From assembly GCA_016234725.1 (NCBI GenBank), contig JACRAK010000007.1, positions 2,121 to 66,120 of the forward strand: DNA of 64,000 nucleotides, in the 5' to 3' direction. The stretch's first letter is position 1; each line of letters opens with the position of its first letter. The stretch comes from Candidatus Azambacteria bacterium. Its GTDB lineage: Bacteria; Patescibacteriota; Minisyncoccia; GWC2-36-17; WO2-46-25. This document shows, piece by piece, positions 38,626 to 48,743 of this stretch. The notes beneath the pieces were generated by a model that worked only from the letters and a program-made list of their open reading frames with translations, was not told the DNA's origin and ran no database searches. Made by a program: the position numbers and the translations under genes.

Positions 38626-38883
38626 ATGAGGATCGAATACTCGCCAAAATTTAGGCGTTGTTTTAAAAAATTTCCACCGAAAATAAAAACGAGGACGGAA
38701 GAAATGATAGCCGTGTTTCTAGACAATCCTTTCGACTCAAAACTGAAAACTCATAAATTATCGGGTCCCCTGCGGAATTATTGGGCGTTTTGGATCGACC
38801 ATCGGCATCGAATTGTTTTTTCGTTTATGGGCGCCGCCACAGTTCGCTTTCATATTGTCGGCGATCATTCCATTTATCAGTAA
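38626..38883 (+). CDS. RelE/YafQ-like mRNA interferase toxin
   Basis: LKTHKLSG, RIVF, VGDHSIY. Confidence 0.85.
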   Translation: MRIEYSPKFRRCFKKFPPKIKTRTEEMIAVFLDNPFDSKLKTHKLSGPLRNYWAFWIDHRHRIVFSFMGAATVRFHIVGDHSIYQ

Positions 38884-38898
38884 CTTGGCACCGCTTAT

Positions 38899-39408
38899 AT
38901 GAAACTTGATCTTGCATGCGGACAAAATAAACGGGAAGGATTTAAAGGCGTGGACATCGCTTCGGGACCGGGCGTTGATTTTGTGGTGGATCTGGAAAAA
39001 TTCCCGTGGAAAGAATTCGAGGACGGTTCTATCGAAGAAATACACATAAGCCATTACGCGGAACACACGCCGGACCTGATGCAATTCATGAATGAAGTGT
39101 GGCGCATCTGCGAAGACAACGCGAAGATCACGATCATTTCTCCCTACTACACGTCCATCCGCGCATGGCAGGACCCGACGCATAAACGCACCATCTCGGA
39201 AGCGACATGGCTGTATTTCAACAAAGCGTGGCGCGAGGCGAACAAGCTCGCGCACTATCCCATCACCTGTAATTTTGATATCATACAGATGGTGGCGTTC
39301 TTCAATCCGCCATGGGATAAGAAATCGGAAGAAGCGCGCCAATTCGCGCAACAGCATTACTGGAATGCCGTGAGCGATATTCTCATAGAGCTCAAAGCGG
39401 TAAAATAA
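38899..39408 (+). CDS. SAM-dependent methyltransferase-like protein (type 11)
   Basis: KLDLACG, GVDI, EH, AWQDPTH. Confidence 0.8.
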   Translation: MKLDLACGQNKREGFKGVDIASGPGVDFVVDLEKFPWKEFEDGSIEEIHISHYAEHTPDLMQFMNEVWRICEDNAKITIISPYYTSIRAWQDPTHKRTISEATWLYFNKAWREANKLAHYPITCNFDIIQMVAFFNPPWDKKSEEARQFAQQHYWNAVSDILIELKAVK

Positions 39409-39418
39409 TTATCCTCAC

Positions 39419-39961
39419 ATGAGGAAAAAACTAACACTTGTCATTGACGCCGTAGTCGTGCTTGCACTCATCGGCGCAGGCATATGGTGGTACGGCACAT
39501 CGCAAAAAACAGGGGGGAGGACGGTAAACATCGTTAAAACACCTACGACGCAGGAAACCGTGTCCGCAGAAAAAACGCCTGAACCGCTCAAAGAAGAATT
39601 CGTCGTGCCGGCAACTATCGCCGCCGCAACCTATGGCGATGAAAAAGTAACGACGGACGAACCGGCAAAGCTTCCCGAAGCAGTAAAATTCCAATCATTC
39701 TCCTATGACCCCGCGCAAGGCAAGGTCATCGCCATCTCGGGCGGGTGCACCGATGCCTATTACGCCGTACTCGTGTTTGACGCAAAGACCGACTATCGCA
39801 AAGACCCCGCCGCGGCGCGCGTAAATCGCGCATCCGAGTGCCCGGCAGACAAACTGTTCCGTACGCAGTTCGACTTTCGTGATTTTAACCTTCCTGCCGG
39901 CTCATACTATTTCTTTGTCGCCGATCAAGGCAACAAAGGAAGCTGGTATAATCCACGGTAA
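39419..39961 (+). CDS. Hypothetical membrane-anchored protein
   Basis: N-terminal TM, 180 aa. Confidence 0.65.
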   Translation: MRKKLTLVIDAVVVLALIGAGIWWYGTSQKTGGRTVNIVKTPTTQETVSAEKTPEPLKEEFVVPATIAAATYGDEKVTTDEPAKLPEAVKFQSFSYDPAQGKVIAISGGCTDAYYAVLVFDAKTDYRKDPAAARVNRASECPADKLFRTQFDFRDFNLPAGSYYFFVADQGNKGSWYNPR

Positions 39962-40004
39962 CAACAAACAACGTTTGACTTTTGACATTTAACTTTTCCA
40001 CCCT

Positions 40005-40439
40005 ATGAACATACCGAAAAAAGCTCTCCTTATCACTTTTGTGATCGTCGCGGCGATCGTCGCTGTTGCGGCGGCGGCACCCAATACGAAACAGCGCGCA
40101 TGGCGCGACGCATTGCCCGCATGGTATGCGGTGCATCTCGCCAGCGGACAGACATATTACGGCCGCCTGCAGGCGATCACCGACACCACGCTCGCACTAA
40201 GCGACGCGCACTATTTTGAAGTATATGAAACAAAAACGGAGAATAAGACCGCAACAAGCACCAATTTTACGGTGACACAGGCACCGCAAACGATATATAA
40301 TCTCGTGCGCCAGGGGAGCGATCAAAACACGGCGACCGATCACACGATCTTTTTTAACCGCGCGGCGGTGCTTTTCTGGGAACGACTTGACCCCGCCGCG
40401 GGCGTGGTAAAAAACATCGTCGAAGCAGCAAAAAAATAA
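40005..40439 (+). CDS. Hypothetical protein, paralog of 61824-62294
   Basis: N-terminal TM; AVHLASGQTYYGRL vs AVFLSNGQVYFGAL; both have LFWE/LFWQ. Confidence 0.7.
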   Translation: MNIPKKALLITFVIVAAIVAVAAAAPNTKQRAWRDALPAWYAVHLASGQTYYGRLQAITDTTLALSDAHYFEVYETKTENKTATSTNFTVTQAPQTIYNLVRQGSDQNTATDHTIFFNRAAVLFWERLDPAAGVVKNIVEAAKK

Positions 40440-40452
40440 CACGCATTTTTTC

Positions 40453-41679
40453 ATGCGATACACACGGGCGCTATCGCTCTCCATCATTTTTTTTATGCTG
40501 GTCGCCTCGTTTCTTGAAGCGGAGCTTTTTGTTCGTCCCGCGCGCGCGTTCGAATCGTCTTCGGCAGGTTTTGAAATGCACGCTGCCGATATCGGAACCA
40601 TCACCGGCTCGTCCAGCTCCGCGACCTTCGGCGTCCAGCATGCCGGGGGAAACACCGGCAGCGGCATCATCGCAAACGTAAAAAAGGTCTTTTCAAGCAT
40701 CATGCATTGGCTGTTTGATTGGTACGTGCCGCGCTACGACGAAATACACTATCGCTGGCGCAACGATGACGGCTCGGAAGTCGCGGCGACATTCTCCCCT
40801 TATGTGGAAGACGGCATTCTCACCGGACTCGCCAAAACCACCATCAAGCGCCTGCGATTTGAAATTTCAAACGAGGGATGGACACGCGGAAGCGGACCAA
40901 CATTCCAGCTTGAGGTCGCCCAAACCGCCACATGTTCTTCGGGGACCTACGCCGCAGTGCCTGCAACCGCCACCACCGAACATTGGGAAATGGCGGAGAC
41001 GGCCAATCTCACCGATGGCGCGGCGACCACCAATGTGGCGAGCGGACTCACCGATGCGAATGCGTCGTTTACCGCAGGAGAAACAAAGGACACCGGCAAT
41101 CAAACGACCGCGCTCACCGTCACTTCCGAACAATTTACCGAAATAGAATACAGTATCCGCGCTACCACCAATGCGGTTTCGGGCGCAACCTACTGCTTTC
41201 GCCTCACCAACGCCGGATCCACGACGAACTTCGTATACACGCGCTATGCGCGCGCCACCATCGCCGGCTATCCCGCCAATGGCACGCTCGAGTCATCTAC
41301 TTTTGACACCGGTATCACCGACGGCGCGGCATACAATTCGATCCTCTGGACCGGCTTCCTTAACGGAGGGAAAGTTGGATTACAGCTTGCAACCTCAAAT
41401 TGTTCCAACGGCGCAACAAACTATCCCACCTGCTCCACTGGCGTATGGGGAGCAACCGGAAGCGACTATCTGGGACCCGACTGTACCTCGGGAACATACT
41501 ATGAACAATCGCCTGGAGTTCCTGCTGAAATCAGTCTCGCATGTGCCACGCTTCAAAATAAACGATATTTCAGATACAAAGTACGGCTTTGCTCGACAAG
41601 CGACTGCTCGTCATCGGGAACCAACACACCAGAAATCAATGGCACTCAAGGCGGTATTATAATTAATTGGAGTCCATAA
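40453..41679 (+). CDS. Secreted protein; C-terminal domain homologous to three domains of the giant protein
   Basis: Signal peptide ARA-F; YRWRNDDG; GTLESSTFDTG...RYFRYK. Confidence 0.75.
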   Translation: MRYTRALSLSIIFFMLVASFLEAELFVRPARAFESSSAGFEMHAADIGTITGSSSSATFGVQHAGGNTGSGIIANVKKVFSSIMHWLFDWYVPRYDEIHYRWRNDDGSEVAATFSPYVEDGILTGLAKTTIKRLRFEISNEGWTRGSGPTFQLEVAQTATCSSGTYAAVPATATTEHWEMAETANLTDGAATTNVASGLTDANASFTAGETKDTGNQTTALTVTSEQFTEIEYSIRATTNAVSGATYCFRLTNAGSTTNFVYTRYARATIAGYPANGTLESSTFDTGITDGAAYNSILWTGFLNGGKVGLQLATSNCSNGATNYPTCSTGVWGATGSDYLGPDCTSGTYYEQSPGVPAEISLACATLQNKRYFRYKVRLCSTSDCSSSGTNTPEINGTQGGIIINWSP

Positions 41680-41682
41680 AAC

Positions 41683-44600
41683 ATGTGTCCGACCCACAGC
41701 AATAAGATGTCAGTTGTAGCTTGGAGAATAATTTGCGTAGCGCTAATCGCGATAATTGTCTTTAATGGACAAAAAGCCAGCGCTGCTTTAATTCCTTTTA
41801 CTGCGGATACCAATATTGCGCAACATAAAATTATCTCTGCGGGAGGATCTCATTCCCTTGCCTTAAAATCAGATGGGACTGTGTGGGGGTGGGGATGGAA
41901 TGGGTTCGGGCAATTGGGAAACGGAACAACAATCAGCCAATCAATCCCTGTGCAGAGTAAGAAATATGACGGAACACATATAAATAACATTGTGGCAATT
42001 TCTGCTGGTTTAGCCCATTCTCTCGCCCTAAAATCAGACGGCACAGTGTGGGCGTGGGGACGCGGTAATTCCGGGCAACTAGGGAATGGAACCCTTATCT
42101 TTTACGATGGGCTAGCAAAACAAGTGCCTGGACTAAACAATATCGCGGCTATTGCCGCGGGTGGCAATTATTCTCTGGCCCTCAAATCAGATGGGACTGT
42201 GTGGGGGTGGGGAGCTAATTACTATGGACAACTAGGGGATGGAACCACTACTCAACAATTAACGCCAATTCAAGTTTATGGACTAACGGGAATCGTTGCC
42301 CTCGCCGCTGGAGACTACCATTCTCTGGCCCTCAAATCAGATGGGACTGTGTGGGGGTGGGGATATAATTTTGTTGGCCAACTTGGCGACGGAACAGCAG
42401 CTACCAGACTTATTCCTGTTCAAGTTAAAGGGCTTGGTGGCACAGGATTCCTGACTGACGTCATCGCTATTACAACTGGTCAAAATCATTCCCTTGCTCT
42501 TAAATCCGACAGAACATTGTGGGGGTGGGGGCGCAACGATTTTGGTCAATTAGGAGATGGGACAACAAATCACAGATACACGCCCATCCAGTCAACATTG
42601 ATAGGCATAACAGTTATATCAGCTAAAACCGACTACTCTTTTGCCCTCAAATCAGATGGGACTGTGTGGGGGTGGGGGCTTAACTTTGGATATTTAGGAA
42701 TTGGAACTAATTCTTATAGAGAAACCCTCCCTGTCCAGGTTATTGGTTTAACCGAAATCACAGCGCTAGCTACCGGATCAGGACATTCTCTGGCCCTCAA
42801 ATCAGATGGGACTGTGTGGGGGTGGGGAGAAAATTCATGGGGACAAATAGGTGACGGAACAGCGGCTACCAGACTTATTCCTGTTCAAGTTTTAATGGAA
42901 GCACCCTTAGATATTATTCCTCCTGATACGGTCATTATCTCAACCATTGATGGGGAAAATAATTCTATAGTAAACAATGGAACGACGACATCAGATTCCA
43001 TCACCCTCACATTCGGTGGTAGTGATAATGTTGGGATAGCTGGCTTTGAGTGCGGCTTTGATAATGGAACTTTTATTTCCTGTGTAAACCCCATTACGCT
43101 TACCAACCTTTCGCGTGACTTTCATATTTTTCAAGTACGCGCAAAAGATACAACTGGCAATATTGACCCGACGCCCCCAACATTTTTATGGAGAATTATG
43201 CTGCCCCAACAATTCTGGTCAGAAATCCAAAATGCCAATAAAGGATTGGGTTTGCGAACGACTCCGGGAACAATAAATAAACCGGCAAATGATATATTAA
43301 AAGTTGTTCCTAATAATTGGGCAATAAAAGTTATTGGCGCAGTTGATGCAAACGGCAATAATGTGGATGTTGACAATTACCGCTGGTATAAAGTTGAAGA
43401 TATGACCGATGGTACAATCGGTTGGATGGAGGTAAAAAATCTTTCGAGTGGAGCCGTGTATCTTGCGTATGATCCAAATTCGCAAGCCGATTTACAAAAT
43501 AAGGCGGCAGTTCAATTATCTACCGCGGAACAAAGAAAGTCGATTGTTCTGGATGCGGTTGATGTTTATTATACGAATCCCAATACAGTAGATTCACTCT
43601 ATGGCGGAGGCGGCGGCAAAGATGGATTAAATAATTTTCAAGGATTTATTAATGGTGCCGCCTTTCCTAAAGAGCTTATTTTATCCATCGCTGCACAGGA
43701 ATCCGGATTAAGCTCCAACAATGAAATATGCTCGGGTGCGAAGGACGGCGGAATAGGAATCATGCAAATCACCTCTCCTGATCTTAAAGGACTGGGAAGC
43801 GGATTAGATAACATTCAGAAAAAATACGATTGCGACGCAAAAACTGGCTGGATCGGTAATTTCAGCAAATATTATTCGAACGCCTTGCAGGGAATATACG
43901 CAAATATCAAAGATGGTTTCCGCGCTCTTCAGGGAAAGTATCGTCAAAAATGTCCGGGGGAAAACGCGATAATCAGCGGCTATACGTTTACCTGCCAGGA
44001 CATTGAGAAAATCCTCACCACGTGGGGATACAATGGATTTGCTAAAGATAAAGCTACGGGGCTTTATACGGGAAATTATCTTAAGTACATCGCCGATAAA
44101 TTGAGGAACCTAAACACATATTTTGCCGGAATTATTTATCCAAATACCGACAACCTCGTTGAAAAATTGGAAGTGGCAAATAACAATAAGCAAGTCATTC
44201 GGCTCTACAGCCCCGCGGTCTTACAGATTGTTGATACTGTGGGAAATATAACCGGGGTAACGGGCGATATCGTGCATGAGGATATTACCAACTCTTTATA
44301 TGAAAAAGATGCCGAGGGAGCAGTGATTTTTTTCCCACATAACAGGTATCGCTACCGCGTCATCGGCACCGCAACCGGAACATATGGTTTTACTGTAGAT
44401 TTTACAAAAAACGGAATACTTAAAACATTCAGAGCAACAGGCATCCCCATCACGACCGGTGAGATTCACGAATACTTAATCGACTGGGACGCGCTTGATC
44501 GCGGGGAACGGGGAGTAACAGTGAGCATAGATTATAACGGAGACGGGATTACTGATCAAATAATCATTTCTGATAGCGTGCTTACTGATATAGAACCTCC

Positions 44601-45264
44601 TTTCATATCCGCAATTCAATTAGATCAGGAGTATCTGTACGGCTCACCACTACAAATCTGGTTTAGCGCCACTGACAGCGTGTCAGGCATAGTAAGCGTT
44701 ACCGCAACCATAAACGGCATTGAAATAACTAACGATCAAATTCTGGTTTTTGATAAGCCGGGTACCAATGTTTTTCAAGTGATAGCCGTGGATAATGATG
44801 GAAATCAAACTACTCTTACACAAACATTTGAAGTAATTCTTGGCGCAACCCTACGCATTGAACCAAAAACGTTGAATCTCTCAAGTAAAGGAAAATATAT
44901 TGAAGTTGGGATTCGACTCCCTGAACCGTACGATATAGCGGATATCACTGTCGCAACAATACGATTGAATGGAGCGGTTCCCGCCATTAAATCAGAAATA
45001 GAGGTTGAAAATGAGCAGGGAGTCCTTACCAAGACCCTCAAGGTAAAGTTTGTGCGTACCGAGGCGCAAAAAACGGTCATTGTTGGCAAAAACATAGTGC
45101 TTGTTTCCGGAAACTTAAACGACGGCACCAGATTCAAAGGAACAGATATTCTTACTGTTATCAACCAACCCCATAAAAAGCTTTCTTCCTTCTTTGATTT
45201 TTTTCTAACACTGTTTAACAAATTTAGTCTAGCTAATATCCTGTCGTCTTTCAAAATAAAATGA
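41683..45264 (+). CDS. Secreted RCC1-repeat propeller + Ig-like + SH3-like + lytic-transglycosylase-like protein
   Basis: Repeats HSLALKSDGTVWGWG.N..GQLGDG; LRTTP...WYKV...GWM; AQESG, GIMQ, GYNG. Confidence 0.85.
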   Translation: MCPTHSNKMSVVAWRIICVALIAIIVFNGQKASAALIPFTADTNIAQHKIISAGGSHSLALKSDGTVWGWGWNGFGQLGNGTTISQSIPVQSKKYDGTHINNIVAISAGLAHSLALKSDGTVWAWGRGNSGQLGNGTLIFYDGLAKQVPGLNNIAAIAAGGNYSLALKSDGTVWGWGANYYGQLGDGTTTQQLTPIQVYGLTGIVALAAGDYHSLALKSDGTVWGWGYNFVGQLGDGTAATRLIPVQVKGLGGTGFLTDVIAITTGQNHSLALKSDRTLWGWGRNDFGQLGDGTTNHRYTPIQSTLIGITVISAKTDYSFALKSDGTVWGWGLNFGYLGIGTNSYRETLPVQVIGLTEITALATGSGHSLALKSDGTVWGWGENSWGQIGDGTAATRLIPVQVLMEAPLDIIPPDTVIISTIDGENNSIVNNGTTTSDSITLTFGGSDNVGIAGFECGFDNGTFISCVNPITLTNLSRDFHIFQVRAKDTTGNIDPTPPTFLWRIMLPQQFWSEIQNANKGLGLRTTPGTINKPANDILKVVPNNWAIKVIGAVDANGNNVDVDNYRWYKVEDMTDGTIGWMEVKNLSSGAVYLAYDPNSQADLQNKAAVQLSTAEQRKSIVLDAVDVYYTNPNTVDSLYGGGGGKDGLNNFQGFINGAAFPKELILSIAAQESGLSSNNEICSGAKDGGIGIMQITSPDLKGLGSGLDNIQKKYDCDAKTGWIGNFSKYYSNALQGIYANIKDGFRALQGKYRQKCPGENAIISGYTFTCQDIEKILTTWGYNGFAKDKATGLYTGNYLKYIADKLRNLNTYFAGIIYPNTDNLVEKLEVANNNKQVIRLYSPAVLQIVDTVGNITGVTGDIVHEDITNSLYEKDAEGAVIFFPHNRYRYRVIGTATGTYGFTVDFTKNGILKTFRATGIPITTGEIHEYLIDWDALDRGERGVTVSIDYNGDGITDQIIISDSVLTDIEPPFISAIQLDQEYLYGSPLQIWFSATDSVSGIVSVTATINGIEITNDQILVFDKPGTNVFQVIAVDNDGNQTTLTQTFEVILGATLRIEPKTLNLSSKGKYIEVGIRLPEPYDIADITVATIRLNGAVPAIKSEIEVENEQGVLTKTLKVKFVRTEAQKTVIVGKNIVLVSGNLNDGTRFKGTDILTVINQPHKKLSSFFDFFLTLFNKFSLANILSSFKIK

Positions 45265-45782
45265 GCTTGTTTTCTTCTTCCCAAAAGGGTTTTTCCCTCG
45301 TTGAACTGCTGATCTACATCAGCATCTTTTCGGTCATTTCCGCTATTTTTATCGGCGTGCTGTCGCACGCGACGCTCGGGTGGACACGCTCGAAAGTAGA
45401 GTCGGAAGTACAGCAGAATCTGCGTTTTGCGATGGAAGATATCGCCCGCACCGCACAGAAAGCGACATCCATTTCTTCGCCGTCCGTCGGAAGCTCGGCA
45501 AGCGCGCTCACCGCGGTCGTCGGCGGACAAACCATACAATACTCGCTTTCGGGCACCGTACTGCAAAAACAAACTGGCGCAAACCCCGTAGAAAATATCA
45601 CTACCGATAAAGTAAAGGTGACCTATCTTTATTTCAAAACGCTCCAAAACACCGCACTATCAAACACCGGCGTACAGGCGACCTCGACCCGATTTGCCAT
45701 GACCGTGGAGTATAATTCCGACAACAATCAATTTTTCTACACCGAGCATGCCACATCGACCGCAACGCTTAAAAACAGGTGA
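45261..45782 (+). CDS. Minor pilin (PilW-like)
   Basis: KG|FSLVELLIY. Confidence 0.88.
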   Translation: MSLFSSSQKGFSLVELLIYISIFSVISAIFIGVLSHATLGWTRSKVESEVQQNLRFAMEDIARTAQKATSISSPSVGSSASALTAVVGGQTIQYSLSGTVLQKQTGANPVENITTDKVKVTYLYFKTLQNTALSNTGVQATSTRFAMTVEYNSDNNQFFYTEHATSTATLKNR

Positions 45783-45812
45783 TCATGAAACATAGATCGT
45801 GAAACTTGAAAC

Positions 45813-46340
45813 ATGAAACATCAGGGCTTGAAACATATAACATATAACTTGAAACTGAGCGATTCAGGATTCACGTTTCAGGATTCACGTTTCAGGATTC
45901 ATGAACGGGGCGCCGCTCTGCTTGCAACCACGCTTGCCGTTATCATCATCCTGCTTGCGATGGGTCTTTCCATGACATCATCGGGCCTGTTTGAAGGGCT
46001 TATGTCGCAGGCGCAAAGCGACTCGCGCGAGGCGTTCGCGGCCGCGCAATCGGGCGTCAAAGACGCTTATTTGCGCATCGCGCGCAATAAGGGCTTTTCT
46101 TCCGCGGGATATTATATCCCGTCCGATCCCTCCAATTGCACGCTCAACAGCTCTTCTTTGTGCACAAAAGTGATCGTGGAAAAAGACACCGCCGCATCAT
46201 GTTCCCAGTCGATCAGCGCCGGACAGGACTGCCTTATCGTTGCCGGAACGCTCAAAAATACGACGCGAACGATAGAGGTCATTTTGAATGTCAATACAAC
46301 TAATGGTAAAATAAGCGAAGTGTTGTGGAAGGAAATATAG
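45813..46340 (+). CDS. PilX-like minor pilin with repeat-encoded leader
   Basis: RG|AALL (no E5), AFAAAQSG. Confidence 0.75.
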   Translation: MKHQGLKHITYNLKLSDSGFTFQDSRFRIHERGAALLATTLAVIIILLAMGLSMTSSGLFEGLMSQAQSDSREAFAAAQSGVKDAYLRIARNKGFSSAGYYIPSDPSNCTLNSSSLCTKVIVEKDTAASCSQSISAGQDCLIVAGTLKNTTRTIEVILNVNTTNGKISEVLWKEI

Positions 46341-46450
46341 GTCTTGAAACATGAAACGTAAAACTTATAACTCAAAACTTAAAGCTTCAAGACTCGAGTT
46401 CAAGGTTTATGACACATGTTTCAAGTTTCACGATTTAAGATTCAAGATTC

Positions 46451-47932
46451 ATGGATTTAGCACAACTTTTTAAGCCGGTTGAAAAGATCGTCGGCATGGA
46501 GATCGCGCACGGGCGCGTGTGCGCGGTGTTGCTTGAAAAAGACAAAAAGGGCGTTGTTACCGGCACGAAAAAGGAAGCGGTGATCCCCCATGATATCGTC
46601 GCGGAGGACGGCACGGTACTCGACAAGCAAAAGCTCGCCCTAGCGCTCAAAACGATCTGGCACGCGGGAAAGGATGTTCTCAGATCAAAATATGTCATCG
46701 TCGCGCTCCCTTCGGCGCCGGTGTTCACCGATATCGTCAGATTCCCCAAGGTCACCCAAGAACAACTGAAAGAGGCGATGGAGCTGCATATGGCGACGAA
46801 AACATCGTTTCCCATCGACACGAATGATATTTATTACGACTGGCAGCCGCTCACCGCGCATAATGTGTATCATGAGGATGTTCTTTTGAGCTTCGCAAAA
46901 CAGCCGTATATCCGCGACTTCGCGGAAGCGTGCGAAGCGGCGGGGCTTGAGCCGCTCGCGTTCGAAACGCCGCAACCCGCGACCCTGCGCGCGATCACCA
47001 ACTTTGAGAAAAAAACCGGTTTGCTTATCCGCGTCTCGCAGGAATGCGCGGAATTTTCCATTGCTGCCGGCGCCGACCTATTCTTCACTCGCACCATACC
47101 GCTTCCTCCTTCGTACGATCTTGAAACGCTCAAAAACGCTCTTGCGACCGAAGCGACGCATGCGCTCAACTATTACGCGACGGAAAACCCCGAAGAAGCG
47201 CCCGTGACGACCGCTGTTCTTCTTACGCATGTGCCGCAAAAACAAGAGCTTGCCGCCCATCTTCGCACAGCGCTCGGCATCGAAATTGCAGATGCGCGGT
47301 TCGCTCATGATACCGCCATAGGGGACTCGTGCGCGGCGGCGTTCGGCGCTGCGTTGCGCGGGCTTGTCCGCAGAGAGGAGGACACGCTCATCAGCCTTTT
47401 GCCGATCGGCACCGAAGAAGCATATCGCAAACGGCGCTTTCTCGCTTATGTATCGCTCTGGTCTGATATCATCAATGCAACCGCGCTCCTCCTTGTCGTT
47501 CTGTTTGGCGCGACATGGTTTTTCGTCAATATTGCCTACACGAATGCGGTCCGCCAGACGACCCAGCTGAAAGCGGCATCGGGCGCAAGCACAAAGAGCG
47601 ACGAACTGGAACAAAACGCGCAGCGCTTCAATGCGGCGGTCGGGCGCATCACAGCGGCAAATGATACCATCATGCCATGGTCTCTTTTCATAGAAAAAAC
47701 ACTTCCCTCATTCACCAAAAACGACATCACCATGGAAAGCGTTTCATTTCCCTCATTCCGTTCCGACGGATCGCTTCAGATCACGGCGAAAACGCGCGCC
47801 AGCGCGATCGCATTCCGTAAAGCGCTGGAAGAAGATCCTCTGTTTTCCGAAGTGCACATGCCCTTCCTCAGCGTGACGCAAAAAGAGAACATCCTCCTTA
47901 CCATTACTTTCCGCTTCGCACCACAACCATGA
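46451..47932 (+). CDS. PilM-like actin-fold protein fused to a PilN-like domain
   Basis: VGMEI, YYDW, AGLEPLAFE, then LLP + TM + extracytoplasmic domain. Confidence 0.75.
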   Translation: MDLAQLFKPVEKIVGMEIAHGRVCAVLLEKDKKGVVTGTKKEAVIPHDIVAEDGTVLDKQKLALALKTIWHAGKDVLRSKYVIVALPSAPVFTDIVRFPKVTQEQLKEAMELHMATKTSFPIDTNDIYYDWQPLTAHNVYHEDVLLSFAKQPYIRDFAEACEAAGLEPLAFETPQPATLRAITNFEKKTGLLIRVSQECAEFSIAAGADLFFTRTIPLPPSYDLETLKNALATEATHALNYYATENPEEAPVTTAVLLTHVPQKQELAAHLRTALGIEIADARFAHDTAIGDSCAAAFGAALRGLVRREEDTLISLLPIGTEEAYRKRRFLAYVSLWSDIINATALLLVVLFGATWFFVNIAYTNAVRQTTQLKAASGASTKSDELEQNAQRFNAAVGRITAANDTIMPWSLFIEKTLPSFTKNDITMESVSFPSFRSDGSLQITAKTRASAIAFRKALEEDPLFSEVHMPFLSVTQKENILLTITFRFAPQP

Positions 47933-48483
47933 TCGAATACAAACTTCATGTCGCCCGGCAAGCGCTCCGGCTTACCCTCAAATCATTCGCGATCGCCATC
48001 GTAAGCGTGACGGCGCTCATATTTCTCGCCGGGGCCATCGCCCGCACCACCGACAGCGCCGTGCGCGCGCGGAACGACTTCACGATGCTTACGAAGAAAT
48101 TCGGCGCCATTGACCAGCTTACCCGCGACAACGATTCGCTCGCGGGCGTAACAGAAAAGCTCGAGAGCGCCATTCCCACGATGGACGACCTCACCCGCGT
48201 CGAAGAGTATCTTACGGTGACCGCCGTACAAACGACAAATGATATTACGATGCAATTTTCAGGAGGCGTAGGGCCGAGCGTCGGCAATGCGCTTGCCGAA
48301 CTTCCGCTTACCATTCAGCTTTCCGGGACACAAAAAACGCTTTCGGATTTCCTGCGCACGCTTGAAAGCGCACCCTATCTTATTTCCGTAAAAAGTGTCT
48401 CGCTTTCTTTTTCTGACAGCGCGCCGGATGCGGTCACCGCACAGATCGCCGCAACATTATTCCTTGAAACAAATTCCCGATGA
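47929..48483 (+). CDS. PilO-like protein
   Basis: TM, coiled coil, FLRTLESAPYLISV. Confidence 0.7.
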   Translation: MIEYKLHVARQALRLTLKSFAIAIVSVTALIFLAGAIARTTDSAVRARNDFTMLTKKFGAIDQLTRDNDSLAGVTEKLESAIPTMDDLTRVEEYLTVTAVQTTNDITMQFSGGVGPSVGNALAELPLTIQLSGTQKTLSDFLRTLESAPYLISVKSVSLSFSDSAPDAVTAQIAATLFLETNSR

Positions 48484-48743
48484 TAAAGATCGACCTCAAA
48501 AAAATAAAAGAGCTCAATTGGATCCTTTTTTTTAAACAGAATAAGTACTCTTTTATTTCCTTGTTCATGCTCGCGCTTTATTTCTATGCCACATTTTTTG
48601 CGGTCGTATTTATCGTAAAAAATGCCCGCCACGCTTTCGACATCGACGAGCAAGCGGCGGAGCGCACCGTCGTCACTTTCGACACCGAAGGATACGCTTC
48701 CATCGCGCGGCGCTTCGGGCACAGTACGGAGCCGAAAAATTAA
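48480..48743 (+). CDS. Small membrane protein ending the pilMNO operon
   Basis: Overlaps the pilO-like stop; one TM. Confidence 0.6.
   Translation: MIKIDLKKIKELNWILFFKQNKYSFISLFMLALYFYATFFAVVFIVKNARHAFDIDEQAAERTVVTFDTEGYASIARRFGHSTEPKN

Noticed and set aside
41850-42890. Near-identical ~32-bp repeats with variable spacing, resembling a CRISPR array
   Set aside because: They are in-frame RCC1 repeats inside a long ORF, spaced about 150-165 bp apart
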